The notes under the pieces: model-generated
What the model saw: only the letters and a program-made list of their open reading frames with translations
What the model was told of the DNA's origin: nothing
The model's database searches: none
From: an uncultured Ginsengibacter sp.
GTDB taxonomy: Bacteria > Bacteroidota > Bacteroidia > Chitinophagales > Chitinophagaceae
DNA: 64,000 nucleotides
NCBI GenBank assembly: GCA_964526985.1
Contig: CAZGNJ010000004.1
Location: forward strand, 94,618 to 158,617
Direction: 5' to 3'
Shown here: positions 20,389 through 30,061 of the stretch, piece by piece
Numbering within the stretch: the stretch's first letter is position 1
Layout of the letters: every line of letters starts with the position of its first letter
Translations under genes and position numbers: made by a program

Positions 20389-21828
20389 TTACAATGATTG
20401 CTTGTGATGCTGCATCAGGTACGTTGAAAACTCCAGTAAAGTTACTTCATTCTGCCTGCGGGAAATCAGTTGCACACCAAAGGGCATTCCGTTTGAGTGG
20501 CGAAACAGCGGAAGCGAAATGGCGGGAATACCTGTAAGGTTTGCATAAACTGTGAAGATATCTGCAAGGTACATTGCCACAGGGTCTTTCTCTACATTGC
20601 CGAGGCTGAATGCAGTAGCAGGCGCTGTTGGCAATATCACCACATCATATTTATCAAAAATATTTGCCGCTTCATCCGAGAGCATCTTCCTCACCTTCTG
20701 TGCCTTGGAAAAATACGCATCAAAATATCCTTCGCTCAGTACATAGGTGCCCAGCATGATACGCTTCTTCACCTCCCAACCAAATCCATTGGACCTGTTT
20801 GCCTTGTAAAATGATTCAGGATCAGGTTGCTTCCCGGGATGACGGTAGCCATACCGGACTCCATCATAACGGCTAAGGTTAGACGAAGCTTCCGCGGTGG
20901 TCAAAATATAGTATGCAGGAACAATATAATCTATCAGGTCAAGAGAGATATCATCGACAGTAAGTACTTCCGGTCTCAGCGCTTCGCACAACCCGGAAAT
21001 AGCTCCTTTGATTTCACTATCAATGGACGGATGCTCCACTGCATTTCGGAATACGCCGACGCGTAAACCGTTGATGTCTTTTACTTCCTTATATAAATCA
21101 GGCTTTGCAGGATTTGTAGTACTGTCATGTACATCAGGGCCACTGATCACATCCAAAATGAGTCGCGCATCTTCCACATTGGTTGCAAATACGCCGATCT
21201 GATCAAAGGAAGAAGCATAAGCGATCAGCCCATACCTGCTGATGGTACCGTAAGATGGTTTGATACCTACCACACCACAGAAATCTGCGGGTTGCCGCAC
21301 ACTGCCTCCTGTATCGCTACCCAGGCTGGCCATGCACAAACCCGCGCTTACGGCAGCAGCCGATCCACCGGATGACCCCCCGGCTACTTTATTTTCATCA
21401 AAAGGATTTTTGGCAGAGCCATAACAGGAATGCTCATTCGTATTTCCCATTGCAAACTCATCGCAATTGCAACTACCGATGATGATGGCATCTTCACTCA
21501 GGAGATGCTGTACTGCTGTAGCATGATACAAAGAGGTAAATCCTGAAAGCATTTTGGAAGATGCCGAAAGTGGATGGTCTTTATAACTGATCACATCTTT
21601 CAGGCTGATGACCACTCCATGCAACCGGCCAACAGGCGCTCCGGACATCCTCTTCTTGTCCAGCGCTTCAGCACGAGCGAGGGCTTCTTCAGCAAATACA
21701 TGCACATAAGCATTCAAAGATTTCTTTGATTCAATCTGCTGAAGATAATGCTTCACTGCATCAGTACACTGTACAATACCTGCAATTAATGCCTGCCGGT
21801 ACCCGGAAATATTATGAAACTGGAACAA
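20389..21828 (-). CDS. gatA: Glu-tRNA(Gln)/Asp-tRNA(Asn) amidotransferase subunit A
   Basis: KD, NCDEFAMG, GGSSGGSAAAV, LGSDTGGSVRQPA, EASSNLSRYDG, EVKKRIMLG. Confidence 0.96.
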   Translation of the reverse strand: MFQFHNISGYRQALIAGIVQCTDAVKHYLQQIESKKSLNAYVHVFAEEALARAEALDKKRMSGAPVGRLHGVVISLKDVISYKDHPLSASSKMLSGFTSLYHATAVQHLLSEDAIIIGSCNCDEFAMGNTNEHSCYGSAKNPFDENKVAGGSSGGSAAAVSAGLCMASLGSDTGGSVRQPADFCGVVGIKPSYGTISRYGLIAYASSFDQIGVFATNVEDARLILDVISGPDVHDSTTNPAKPDLYKEVKDINGLRVGVFRNAVEHPSIDSEIKGAISGLCEALRPEVLTVDDISLDLIDYIVPAYYILTTAEASSNLSRYDGVRYGYRHPGKQPDPESFYKANRSNGFGWEVKKRIMLGTYVLSEGYFDAYFSKAQKVRKMLSDEAANIFDKYDVVILPTAPATAFSLGNVEKDPVAMYLADIFTVYANLTGIPAISLPLFRHSNGMPFGVQLISRRQNEVTLLEFSTYLMQHHKQSL

Positions 21829-21855
21829 AAGCGGGAACGGATAATGATCAAAAAA

Positions 21856-22089
21856 TTATTTTTCTGCCTGATCTGAGATAGAACCTTTGGCAGCAGTATC
21901 GGAATCCACTTTCTCATTCTTGTTCTTTCCCCGCGCATCATTGAATTCCTTGACACCACGGCCTAATCCGCGCATGAGGTCAGGTATTTTTCTGCCGCCA
22001 AAAAATAACAGAACGATCAGACCGATCAATACCCATTCAGTACCTCCCGGCATTCCCCATAAAAATTGTGGATGGACTAAAAAGTTCAT
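21856..22089 (-). CDS. tatA: Twin-arginine translocase TatA/E subunit
   Basis: GGTEW-TM-FGGRKIPDLMRGLGRGVKEF. Confidence 0.93.
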   Translation of the reverse strand: MNFLVHPQFLWGMPGGTEWVLIGLIVLLFFGGRKIPDLMRGLGRGVKEFNDARGKNKNEKVDSDTAAKGSISDQAEK

Positions 22090-22473
22090 TGGTGTATTAA
22101 ATTATTAAGAGTGTAAAGGTAGATGAAAATGGACAGAATACAGTCTGAACAAACGAAAACAAAAGATTTTCAGTGGATAGCTATGTCCAGTACTAAAAAA
22201 AACAGCCTGAAATCTGTATCAGCAAACAGGTGGTCGTACCATAGGGACAAGAGCTATCATAGAACCTACGGTCACATTTCAGTTGTCTGCAATTTGATGA
22301 AGGGGAATTCATAAAATGGGGCGTTTTCTTGGAGACATTGGTTGCTATAGTTTATTTGTGCAAGCGCCAGCTTTTCTTTTGACTATGACACTGACCACAA
22401 AAACACTTCTTGCACTAAGCATGAATTACCTTGCTTATGAAAAAATCATCATTTATTACAATGGATTGTGACT

Positions 22474-23790
22474 TCAATTGCTGAGTGCACTATCCAATAT
22501 TTTCCTAATTTGCACTAAATCCTCATTACCGGAACTACGGAAAATAATTTTACCCCCTGGATTTAAAAGAATGTAGGTAGGATACGCCTGGACTAAAAAC
22601 CTTACTGAAGTAAGCGTATCTATTTTATCACCTGTTGCCGGTTGGTAGATTAAATGCCATGGAATTCCATGTTCTTTCTCAAACACTGCGAACTTTTCTT
22701 TATTGTCTTCGTGTTCAACAGCTATACTTGCCATGCTAAAATTAGAATTGCTGCTAAATCTTTCATAGATTTTTTTTAACTCTGGAATCGCTTCAATGCA
22801 GGGCTTACACCAAGATCCCATAAAATCTAATAATACATATTTCCCTTTATTTCGGTTTGTTGAAAATACATGCCCTCTGGTATCAATATGGTACATCATT
22901 GGTGCAGAAAGACCAATATCACCACCTGCGGCTGTAGATGAAACCGATGTCAGAAAAGCTTTGCTCAAATCAGGAGCTACAGAATCCACCTTGTAAAATT
23001 CATGCCTGCTCAGGAAGGGGTCATGCAGCTTATAATATTTATCATTATTTATACTATCTATTGTTCCAGCATAAAATGTAGAATAGCCGGTAAACCTGGA
23101 GATAGGTATCTGGTTGCTGATATATAAAAACCCGCCATCAGGCAATTTTGCCTTCCATATATTATCACCGGATATCAGAATGTAAAGATTCTCTTCCTGA
23201 GGATCAGGGTAGGTTATGTTTACCAATTTTGATGGGTGGAAATATAAATTCTGAGTTTCTTGATAAATTTTCCCTTGATAAAAATATTCGAGAGTTGGGT
23301 TTATATTAATAGCTGCTTTAAACTTGTTGGGATAATTTTTTAGTGAATCAATATTAAAAGAGAAAACCGAGTCGTCCTCAAAATTTTTATCGTTGTTGCA
23401 ATCGAAGATATAAAAGCGATTATTTCCTTTTCTATAAATCAATATGCCTATACTGCTATTTACAGATGATTTTGAAAGAGACAGGGTGTCGAGCCTGAAT
23501 AAATTAATCCATTTTAATAATTTAATTTTTTTTTCCTTACCAAGCAGATAATTCGAATATAATGTTTGCTCAGGCTGAATATCGTACAGCTTGATAACAT
23601 AGTTGCTATCTATGCTGGATGGTATTTTATACATGCCCCGATCATTTTCAAGTTTCTGAACACCCATATAACTCCACAAATTATTAAAGGATGACACCTG
23701 CCTTAAAGGAACACAAAACGTATTCTGTGATTGAGAACTGGATGTGAAAAATATCTGGAGAAATACTATTACAACACGTGACTTTAACAT
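22474..23790 (-). CDS. TlpA/ResA-family thiol-disulfide oxidoreductase with an uncharacterised N-terminal region
   Basis: Signal peptide-like start; DCNNDKNFEDD (Ca-binding-like); KGKYVLLDFMGSWCKPC; QAYPTYILL cis-Pro loop. Confidence 0.88.
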   Translation of the reverse strand: MLKSRVVIVFLQIFFTSSSQSQNTFCVPLRQVSSFNNLWSYMGVQKLENDRGMYKIPSSIDSNYVIKLYDIQPEQTLYSNYLLGKEKKIKLLKWINLFRLDTLSLSKSSVNSSIGILIYRKGNNRFYIFDCNNDKNFEDDSVFSFNIDSLKNYPNKFKAAININPTLEYFYQGKIYQETQNLYFHPSKLVNITYPDPQEENLYILISGDNIWKAKLPDGGFLYISNQIPISRFTGYSTFYAGTIDSINNDKYYKLHDPFLSRHEFYKVDSVAPDLSKAFLTSVSSTAAGGDIGLSAPMMYHIDTRGHVFSTNRNKGKYVLLDFMGSWCKPCIEAIPELKKIYERFSSNSNFSMASIAVEHEDNKEKFAVFEKEHGIPWHLIYQPATGDKIDTLTSVRFLVQAYPTYILLNPGGKIIFRSSGNEDLVQIRKILDSALSN

Positions 23791-23859
23791 ACTATATAAA
23801 TACCTATTTATCTTATATTGAAATACCTTAAAGAAAAATACAATGATAGTTTCTTCATA

Positions 23860-24209
23860 TTACACATCGACATGTCCCCTGCTTCCGCAAACACTGTCAT
23901 TTACACATCTGGTTATATTGCCATCACAAATAACTGCTACAACAAAACTATAATCCGCTCCCCCGTTTTCATCTTTGCAATATCTCGTTTTACAATCAGA
24001 GCCACTACAGCTAACAGTAAGCAATCCTGTTTTACATTTAACGGAAATTGAGCAGCCTTCTCCCCCACTTCCACTTTGACAAAATCCATTTACACATATT
24101 TGCCCGGGAGGGCAATCTGCATCGTTCATACATGGACCCCAAGACCACTTGTTACATTTTGTCGTTCGGTTTTACTAAGACTTCTGCCTAATTTTTTCTG
24201 TTGTTTCAT
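23860..24209 (-). pseudogene. Cys-rich peptide precursor with a double-glycine-type leader, split by a 1-nt frameshift at a G4 run (24137-24140)
   Basis: ATG at 24209 gives MKQQKKLGRSLSKTERQNVTSGLGVHV*; adding one G gives ...VTSGLGGPC fused to the 89-aa ORF MNDADCPPGQICVNGFC...; 12 Cys in the restored core. Confidence 0.75.
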
Positions 24210-24227
24210 TTTTTTAAATTTTTAAGA

Positions 24228-25841
24228 TTAAAAGAAATATATGATGTCCTTGAGTTCATACATTCTTGGTAATTCATATCCGTCAACAAAACAGGTCGGG
24301 GTATATCTAATATTCATCTTTTCGCACCAGCTACTCATAGCCTCCAGTTCCTTCCCAAATAACAGCAAATTTTCTTCGATGGGGTAACGTTGCTCAAATG
24401 TAGCATAATTCCTTCTTTCCGCGCCATACCAATCCTTCAACGCGGCCTCGACAATTCTTTTGTCCTTGAGATTATTTAAAGCCATGAAATGTTTGACAGG
24501 AGCAGCCTTTATATCCTTCTCACTATTTTCTGCTGTAAAAATAATTTGAAGCTTAATGTCCGGATTCGCTTCCAATATTTCTTCAATATCCCTATGGGCT
24601 TTTGCGCAGGGACCACAATATGGATTACACACCTTAACTAAAGTATGCTTAGCGTCCGGATTCCCTATCATAATACCTAACCCTGCTGTTGGTTCACTTA
24701 TTTTCCTTTGACTTTGAAGAATAGAATGAAATACCTGAGGATGATACTTTAACCTGGCAGCTTCTTTTTTATAATTACCGGCACTTCTCGCTTTTCTCAA
24801 AAGAGGTTTTAAAAATCCCCCGATTAAAAGAGGAAAAATAAAGGAAATAAATACCGATATAAATAAAGACATATTAAAAGACGAAAGAGGTATCAGATAT
24901 GGGGTATTGGCGTTATAACACACAACCATTTGTGACATTAATATGACCTGTACGGTAATGCACAAATGACACCACTGTCTTACTTACCATTGATAAGTTA
25001 CGGAATAAATAACAAAGGGAAGAGCTACGACGTTTAACCACGAAAAAAGAGGCATTGATAACCCGGGCTGCCCAAAAAAAGACAATAAAAAAATAAACTC
25101 TCCTGTAAAATACAAAAACCCTATTTCACTCCAACCAATTACCCCGAAAAGCTTTGCTGCTTTAGAATCTAAAATTGCGTTACAACCGGCATTTTTTTCC
25201 GAAGTGCAAAATTGCTGCAATACTGTATTGTCGTGAGTAATCCCAGTCCACGATAATATACCACTTATAATAACGCCTAAAAAAGTTAAAAACATTAAGA
25301 TACCCGGCCATAAACCGCCCGCATCGAAATTAATTACCCCATATAACAAGACCGCTACAAAACCGAACCCTAATGAGATAGGAATGTAATTTCTACGCCA
25401 AAATTCTTCTCTTCTCTTTTTATCATATTCCGGTTCACCAGCATCTGGCTCAGGATAAGGCAACAAAACGATACGGCTCCATTCTTTAAAAAAATCTTCT
25501 CGGCTCTTTGTTTTTGCCTTTCCTCCATTATCCAGATACGTAATATCTGTTTTGATATCAGTTACTACAAAAAAATACCCGCCGCTATCATCTGTATAGG
25601 CAATGAACGGAACTGGTAAATCGTTCAATCTATTTTCTTCTACCTCTATACAAGCATTATTAATTTTCCATTTCCTGAGACTGTCGCTTATGCTATCCAA
25701 ACTTGGAAAAAAAGGGTGATTCTCTAATGTTTCCTCAACAGTAGAAGCCGTAACATTTATAGATAAGCTGTTAATTAAATTTACCGTTACGGCTGATACA
25801 TTCGATTTTTGAGAAGGATAAAAGACTTTTTTCAAGAGCAT
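24228..25841 (-). pseudogene. C39-like domain / VKOR / thioredoxin (DsbA-like) fusion interrupted by an in-frame TAA at 24984-24986
   Basis: The two ORFs share a frame: YQW*VRQWCHLCITVQ; N-terminal HPFFPSLDSISDSL and LPVPFIA (C39-like); VKOR loop pair CTSEKNAGC..S; VKOR CxxC (CHLC); thioredoxin NPYCGPCAKAH and YTPT. Confidence 0.85.
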
Positions 25842-25957
25842 AAAAGAAAATCTTTTAAAATTACATCCTGGCTAAAACTGTAAAATCCACACAATTCATT
25901 TTCACTGCTTATAAAGTTAACTATTTCAACTGTAACCGAAACCTGACAGATTAATTA

Positions 25958-27145
25958 TCACTTCATTATCTCATCAATTTTTTCATAAATAGCTTCATCT
26001 TCTCCCACATACCTTGCAACGATATCCCCTTTTGGATCTATGATGATCTTCGTAGGAAACCCTGCGACGCTGTATTTGAGAATCAGATCATCATCGGGCC
26101 TGCTGAGTACCTGGTGCCATTGATAATCCTTATTCTTATCAAGAAACCTTCTCCAATTTGTGCCGTCATCAGATTCCTGTGCTATGCCAACGATTGTCAT
26201 TTTGCTTTTGTACTTGTCAAAGTATTCTTTCATTTTCGGCATACCGGATACGCAAGGCCCACACCAAGTACCCCAGAAATCCAGGACAACATATTTCCCT
26301 TTTAATGATGATAAATCAAATTGCTTTTTATCATAGGTGTGCATCGATTTTATCTCCGGTGCAGGTTTGCCGATAGCCGTAGCTCTCAGTCCCTCAATAC
26401 GTTTTACTACCTCAATGAAAAAAGGATTGGTATTGAGTTTCTTGTGATCCATTTTGTCGTACAGCGAAAATGATTCTTCTTTTGTAACCTGCGTTCTCAG
26501 CATCATATCGCCTAACAGCCATGCAGACGCGTAAGAGGAGGGATTGTCTTTGATAAAATTCTTTTTGATTTGGTCAACTTCCGCATCCAATGCATCCGCT
26601 TTCGCTTGCATCGACTTCATTTCAACCGTATCTTTAAATTGCTTTTTGGCAATCTTTACAGCCAGGTTAACACTTTCATTCATCAACGGATACACTGCTT
26701 TATTTAACCTTGCGAGGTCATTATTTGCCGGATCCCCTGACGGGTATGCATCTACGAAATCCGTGATCTTTCCGGTGATTTTCACGTGTGCACCGGGATA
26801 GACGATACATTGAAACTGGGAAGACTTTGCAGGAAAGTATCCACGATCAACTCTTTTCATCACGCTTTCGTTGGGAGGCCAGAAATTCAGCATTTTCATC
26901 TCATCAATTTTGCGGCTGTAAGTAAAGGCTCCATCCCTCACAATTGCAGAATCTCTTACAGTCGTTCCACTTTTGTTTTTGTAGAAAAAACGAATGGGTT
27001 TGGATTCGAGTCCGTCAATCTTTCCTGAAATCGTGAAGGTGCCTTCCTGCGCAAAGAGGGATGGGGAAAAGGCCAGCAGCAAAATGGTCAATAAATTTTT
27101 CATGATTACACTTGTTTTATGTTGTTTTTTGTTCCAAAATTTCAC
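25958..27145 (-). CDS. DUF4369-type N-terminal domain plus TlpA disulfide reductase (likely start 27103)
   Basis: Signal peptide; FTISGKIDG..DSAIVRDGAFTY; LKGKYVVLDFWGTWCGPC; AGFPTKIIID. Confidence 0.92.
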   Translation of the reverse strand: MKFWNKKQHKTSVIMKNLLTILLLAFSPSLFAQEGTFTISGKIDGLESKPIRFFYKNKSGTTVRDSAIVRDGAFTYSRKIDEMKMLNFWPPNESVMKRVDRGYFPAKSSQFQCIVYPGAHVKITGKITDFVDAYPSGDPANNDLARLNKAVYPLMNESVNLAVKIAKKQFKDTVEMKSMQAKADALDAEVDQIKKNFIKDNPSSYASAWLLGDMMLRTQVTKEESFSLYDKMDHKKLNTNPFFIEVVKRIEGLRATAIGKPAPEIKSMHTYDKKQFDLSSLKGKYVVLDFWGTWCGPCVSGMPKMKEYFDKYKSKMTIVGIAQESDDGTNWRRFLDKNKDYQWHQVLSRPDDDLILKYSVAGFPTKIIIDPKGDIVARYVGEDEAIYEKIDEIMK

Positions 27146-27167
27146 GTTCTCACTGTAAACACCTTTA

Positions 27168-28703
27168 TTATGAGTGTGCCATCACTATTTCGATCATATT
27201 CTTCAGTACATCCTCATTGTGTTCATCTGTCCTGAAATTCTTGTAGATGATTCTTCCATCTTTATCCAGCAGGTAATTGGTTGGCGCACCGATGTATCCC
27301 ATATTTCCTCTTTCACGCCCTTTAAAATCTTCAAGCGGGACAAAAGTATAGCCACTGTGCTGCATGAATGGAATTACATAATCATTCTGGCTGGCTTCAA
27401 TATTGATCCCGATATACTCCAGATTTTTACCTTTGAACTGATCCACCACATTCTGGAAGTGCGGAAATTCACCCCTGCACGGTCCGCATCCCGGAAACCA
27501 ATAAGTAAGCAACACTACTTGTCCTTTCAGGTCATCCAATGACATTTTACTATTCGCAGGATACCTGTTGAGGGAGAACGATGTTGCTTTTTGTGCAGCC
27601 TTGTCAAGGATCGTCCACGTTTCATTACTGACTTCGTTCTTATTTTTATTCAACAACGCACCATAAGCATATACCTGTTCTTTGATCTTGTCGGATGGAT
27701 TGACTGCATAATAATTCAACAACATATCGTAGGCATCATTCAGCCTGTTGTTTTCCTTATATGCCTGTGCTTTCAGAATCAAGAAATCCTGTTTTGCATC
27801 CATTCGCTTATTTAATTGAATCGTGTCCAATATTTTAATCGCATCACCATACTGTCCAGCCTGCATCAACTCCTTTGCTTTCTCAATATTAAGTGCCCAG
27901 TTCAATTGCTTTGCCCACATTGCCTTGCTTTTCTCATCTTTGGAACCATCCAGTACTTCCTTCGCAAGAGAAGCAGCCTTCTTTGTTTGTGGCATTAATA
28001 CCAGGTCGTAAAATGATTCCTTCATATAATCACCTATACTTGTAAGAGGGTATTTCTCTTTCAATAGCTCATAAAATTTGACACGTGTATCAAAATTTTT
28101 ACTTGCTAATGCCACAATGGAAATAGCTGTTTTTGTACGATCACTGTTTGGAAATTTCTTTACCATATCTAAAACGAGTGCTTCCCTTCTGGCTGGGTCA
28201 TCATCGAAGGACAAAGCATAGTAAAATGCATAGTCAGGATCTTCGGGTGCGATCTCCTTTGCTTTGCGCAGATATTCAAAGCCTTCTTTAAATTTCCCCC
28301 AGCGGTCTGCATCGATCCATAATTCAAAATAGGCTTTGTCCATCTTTGGATTTAGTTCGAGTGCCTTTAGCAAGTAAGGTTTTGCGGCAGGGCTTTCTTT
28401 GGACCAGTAAGCATTTCCCAATGCAAAAGGTAAAATGGCCGATTTCGGATATTGCTTCATCCATTTCTTATACTGTTCAACGAATGCCGGATCATCCTTG
28501 GCACCATATTTACCAAAACCAGTGGCTTCCAAATAACGCTCGTGAAGGCCGATGTTGTCTGGATCCTTTGAAATAGAATCTGCAATTTTTTTCATCAGTA
28601 CAGGATCTGATTGTGAATTTTTATCAGTCTGTGCAATAGATGCCTGCCTACCGCTTACTAAAAAAAGTAATGGCAACAAAATGGTCTTAAGAAATAATTT
28701 CAT
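27168..28703 (-). CDS. TPR-repeat plus TlpA-like redoxin, paralog 2
   Basis: Signal peptide; TPR helices (LLKALELNPKMDKAYF); VVLLTYWFPGCGPCRGEFPH; GAPTNYLLD. Confidence 0.9.
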   Translation of the reverse strand: MKLFLKTILLPLLFLVSGRQASIAQTDKNSQSDPVLMKKIADSISKDPDNIGLHERYLEATGFGKYGAKDDPAFVEQYKKWMKQYPKSAILPFALGNAYWSKESPAAKPYLLKALELNPKMDKAYFELWIDADRWGKFKEGFEYLRKAKEIAPEDPDYAFYYALSFDDDPARREALVLDMVKKFPNSDRTKTAISIVALASKNFDTRVKFYELLKEKYPLTSIGDYMKESFYDLVLMPQTKKAASLAKEVLDGSKDEKSKAMWAKQLNWALNIEKAKELMQAGQYGDAIKILDTIQLNKRMDAKQDFLILKAQAYKENNRLNDAYDMLLNYYAVNPSDKIKEQVYAYGALLNKNKNEVSNETWTILDKAAQKATSFSLNRYPANSKMSLDDLKGQVVLLTYWFPGCGPCRGEFPHFQNVVDQFKGKNLEYIGINIEASQNDYVIPFMQHSGYTFVPLEDFKGRERGNMGYIGAPTNYLLDKDGRIIYKNFRTDEHNEDVLKNMIEIVMAHS

Positions 28704-28821
28704 GGTATTCTAAATTTAATTTTTATTAATTCATTTTATTAATTTGAAGTGCAGTATTAGTATTGCGAAAAGATTATCTTTCATCCGGATTGACTGACAA
28801 TCAAATGCAAATAAGGTATTC

Positions 28822-28843
28822 AAAAAAGGGGCTTTCGCCCCTT
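28822..28843 (-). terminator. Rho-independent terminator inside the TlpA array
   Basis: Minus strand AAGGGGC-GAAA-GCCCCTT-TTTT (GNRA loop). Confidence 0.8.
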
Positions 28844-28886
28844 CATCACCTAAGGGAACACATGAGAAAACTTTTCCAAAAATTGA

Positions 28887-30014
28887 TTATTCAAATATTT
28901 CCTGCAACTTCTTTGACAACTCTTCCCCGCGTACATTTTTTGCAATGATCTTTCCTGATGGATCTATCAATAAATTCTGAGGGATGGCCCGGATCCCATA
29001 TTGCTTCGCAACAGCATTATCCCAAAACTTCAGATCACTTACATGATTCCACCACAATCCGTCTTTGTGAATTGCGTCTAACCATAACTGTTTCTTACCG
29101 GGCTGATCCAATGATACTCCGAGTATGGTAAAGTTTTTATCCTTGTATTGATTGAATGCCTTTACAACATTAGGGTTTTCAGCACGGCACGGGCCGCACC
29201 AGCTTGCCCAGAAATCTACCAGCACATATTTGCCTTTGAAATCCGAAAGCGATACAGGTTTGTCCAATGTATCGTTCTGTGTAAAGTTCATAGCCATGGC
29301 GCCCACTGCTGTCTTCTTCGCTATCTCGATCCGATCGTGCAGTGATTTACCTGAAAATGAATTTTTATTGGCTTCTGAAAGTCCCTTAAACAAAGGTTCA
29401 GCAACGGCCGGGTCTATATCATAGCCTACAAATTGATTCAGCAATGTCACTACAATCGGAGATGATGGATGTGACTGAATGTAAGGCTTCACTACCTTTT
29501 CATTCTTGTCTTTTACCATAGCCTCGTATTCATCCTGTATAGACTGCATACCCGCAAGGTCTTTTGCTTCCCTGAATTTATTGTACCTGGGGCCGAATGT
29601 CGCTTCCTGCTTGTCGTAAGGCTCCAGGAGTTTATTATAGGCTTCATATTCTTTCTGCGCTTTGGAGCCGGTTACTTTCGCAGACTCAAGAGAATCCTTA
29701 GCGATTACCTTGATGTTTCCAGCCTCGAGAAAGATATTCATATTTTCAGTCTTAGCTCTTTTCTCATTTTCCTTTTTGGGAAATCTGATGACAAGTGTAG
29801 CAAGTGTAGGCTCCTGTATTTTTCCTTTGAAGGCAAATACACCATTTTTTATATCAGCACTATCGGTGATTCTTTCATCACCGTTTCTGAAATAAAGCAG
29901 TGCTTTTTCTACCGGCTCTTTGAATGAGATTTTGCCGTTCAATTCAAAACTCTGTGCGTGCACATAAGAAAAGCCGGTGAAAAATAAGAGAAGGAATAAA
30001 ATGATCTTTTTCAT
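28887..30014 (-). CDS. DUF4369-type domain plus TlpA disulfide reductase
   Basis: Signal peptide; DSADIKNGVFAFKG; FKGKYVLVDFWASWCGPCRAENP; RAIPQNLLID. Confidence 0.94.
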   Translation of the reverse strand: MKKIILFLLLFFTGFSYVHAQSFELNGKISFKEPVEKALLYFRNGDERITDSADIKNGVFAFKGKIQEPTLATLVIRFPKKENEKRAKTENMNIFLEAGNIKVIAKDSLESAKVTGSKAQKEYEAYNKLLEPYDKQEATFGPRYNKFREAKDLAGMQSIQDEYEAMVKDKNEKVVKPYIQSHPSSPIVVTLLNQFVGYDIDPAVAEPLFKGLSEANKNSFSGKSLHDRIEIAKKTAVGAMAMNFTQNDTLDKPVSLSDFKGKYVLVDFWASWCGPCRAENPNVVKAFNQYKDKNFTILGVSLDQPGKKQLWLDAIHKDGLWWNHVSDLKFWDNAVAKQYGIRAIPQNLLIDPSGKIIAKNVRGEELSKKLQEIFE

Positions 30015-30061
30015 TTGTATTGATGTTTAGAATATTTTTTTTAAAATCAGATTCGTGGATT

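Noticed and set aside
20389..21828. gatA without adjacent gatB/gatC as an anomaly
   Set aside because: Dispersed gat genes and the tatA-gatA-transglycosylase order are normal in Bacteroidota
22090..22470. Possible remnant of a Cys-containing gene (e.g. radical SAM/SPASM) downstream of the last TlpA
   Set aside because: Only short Cys-containing fragments interrupted by stops; no family can be supported
24984..24986. Programmed recoding (selenocysteine or pyrrolysine) at the VKOR stop
   Set aside because: The codon is TAA, not TGA or TAG, and it is not at a Cys position; TAA is used as a normal stop by many genes in the window
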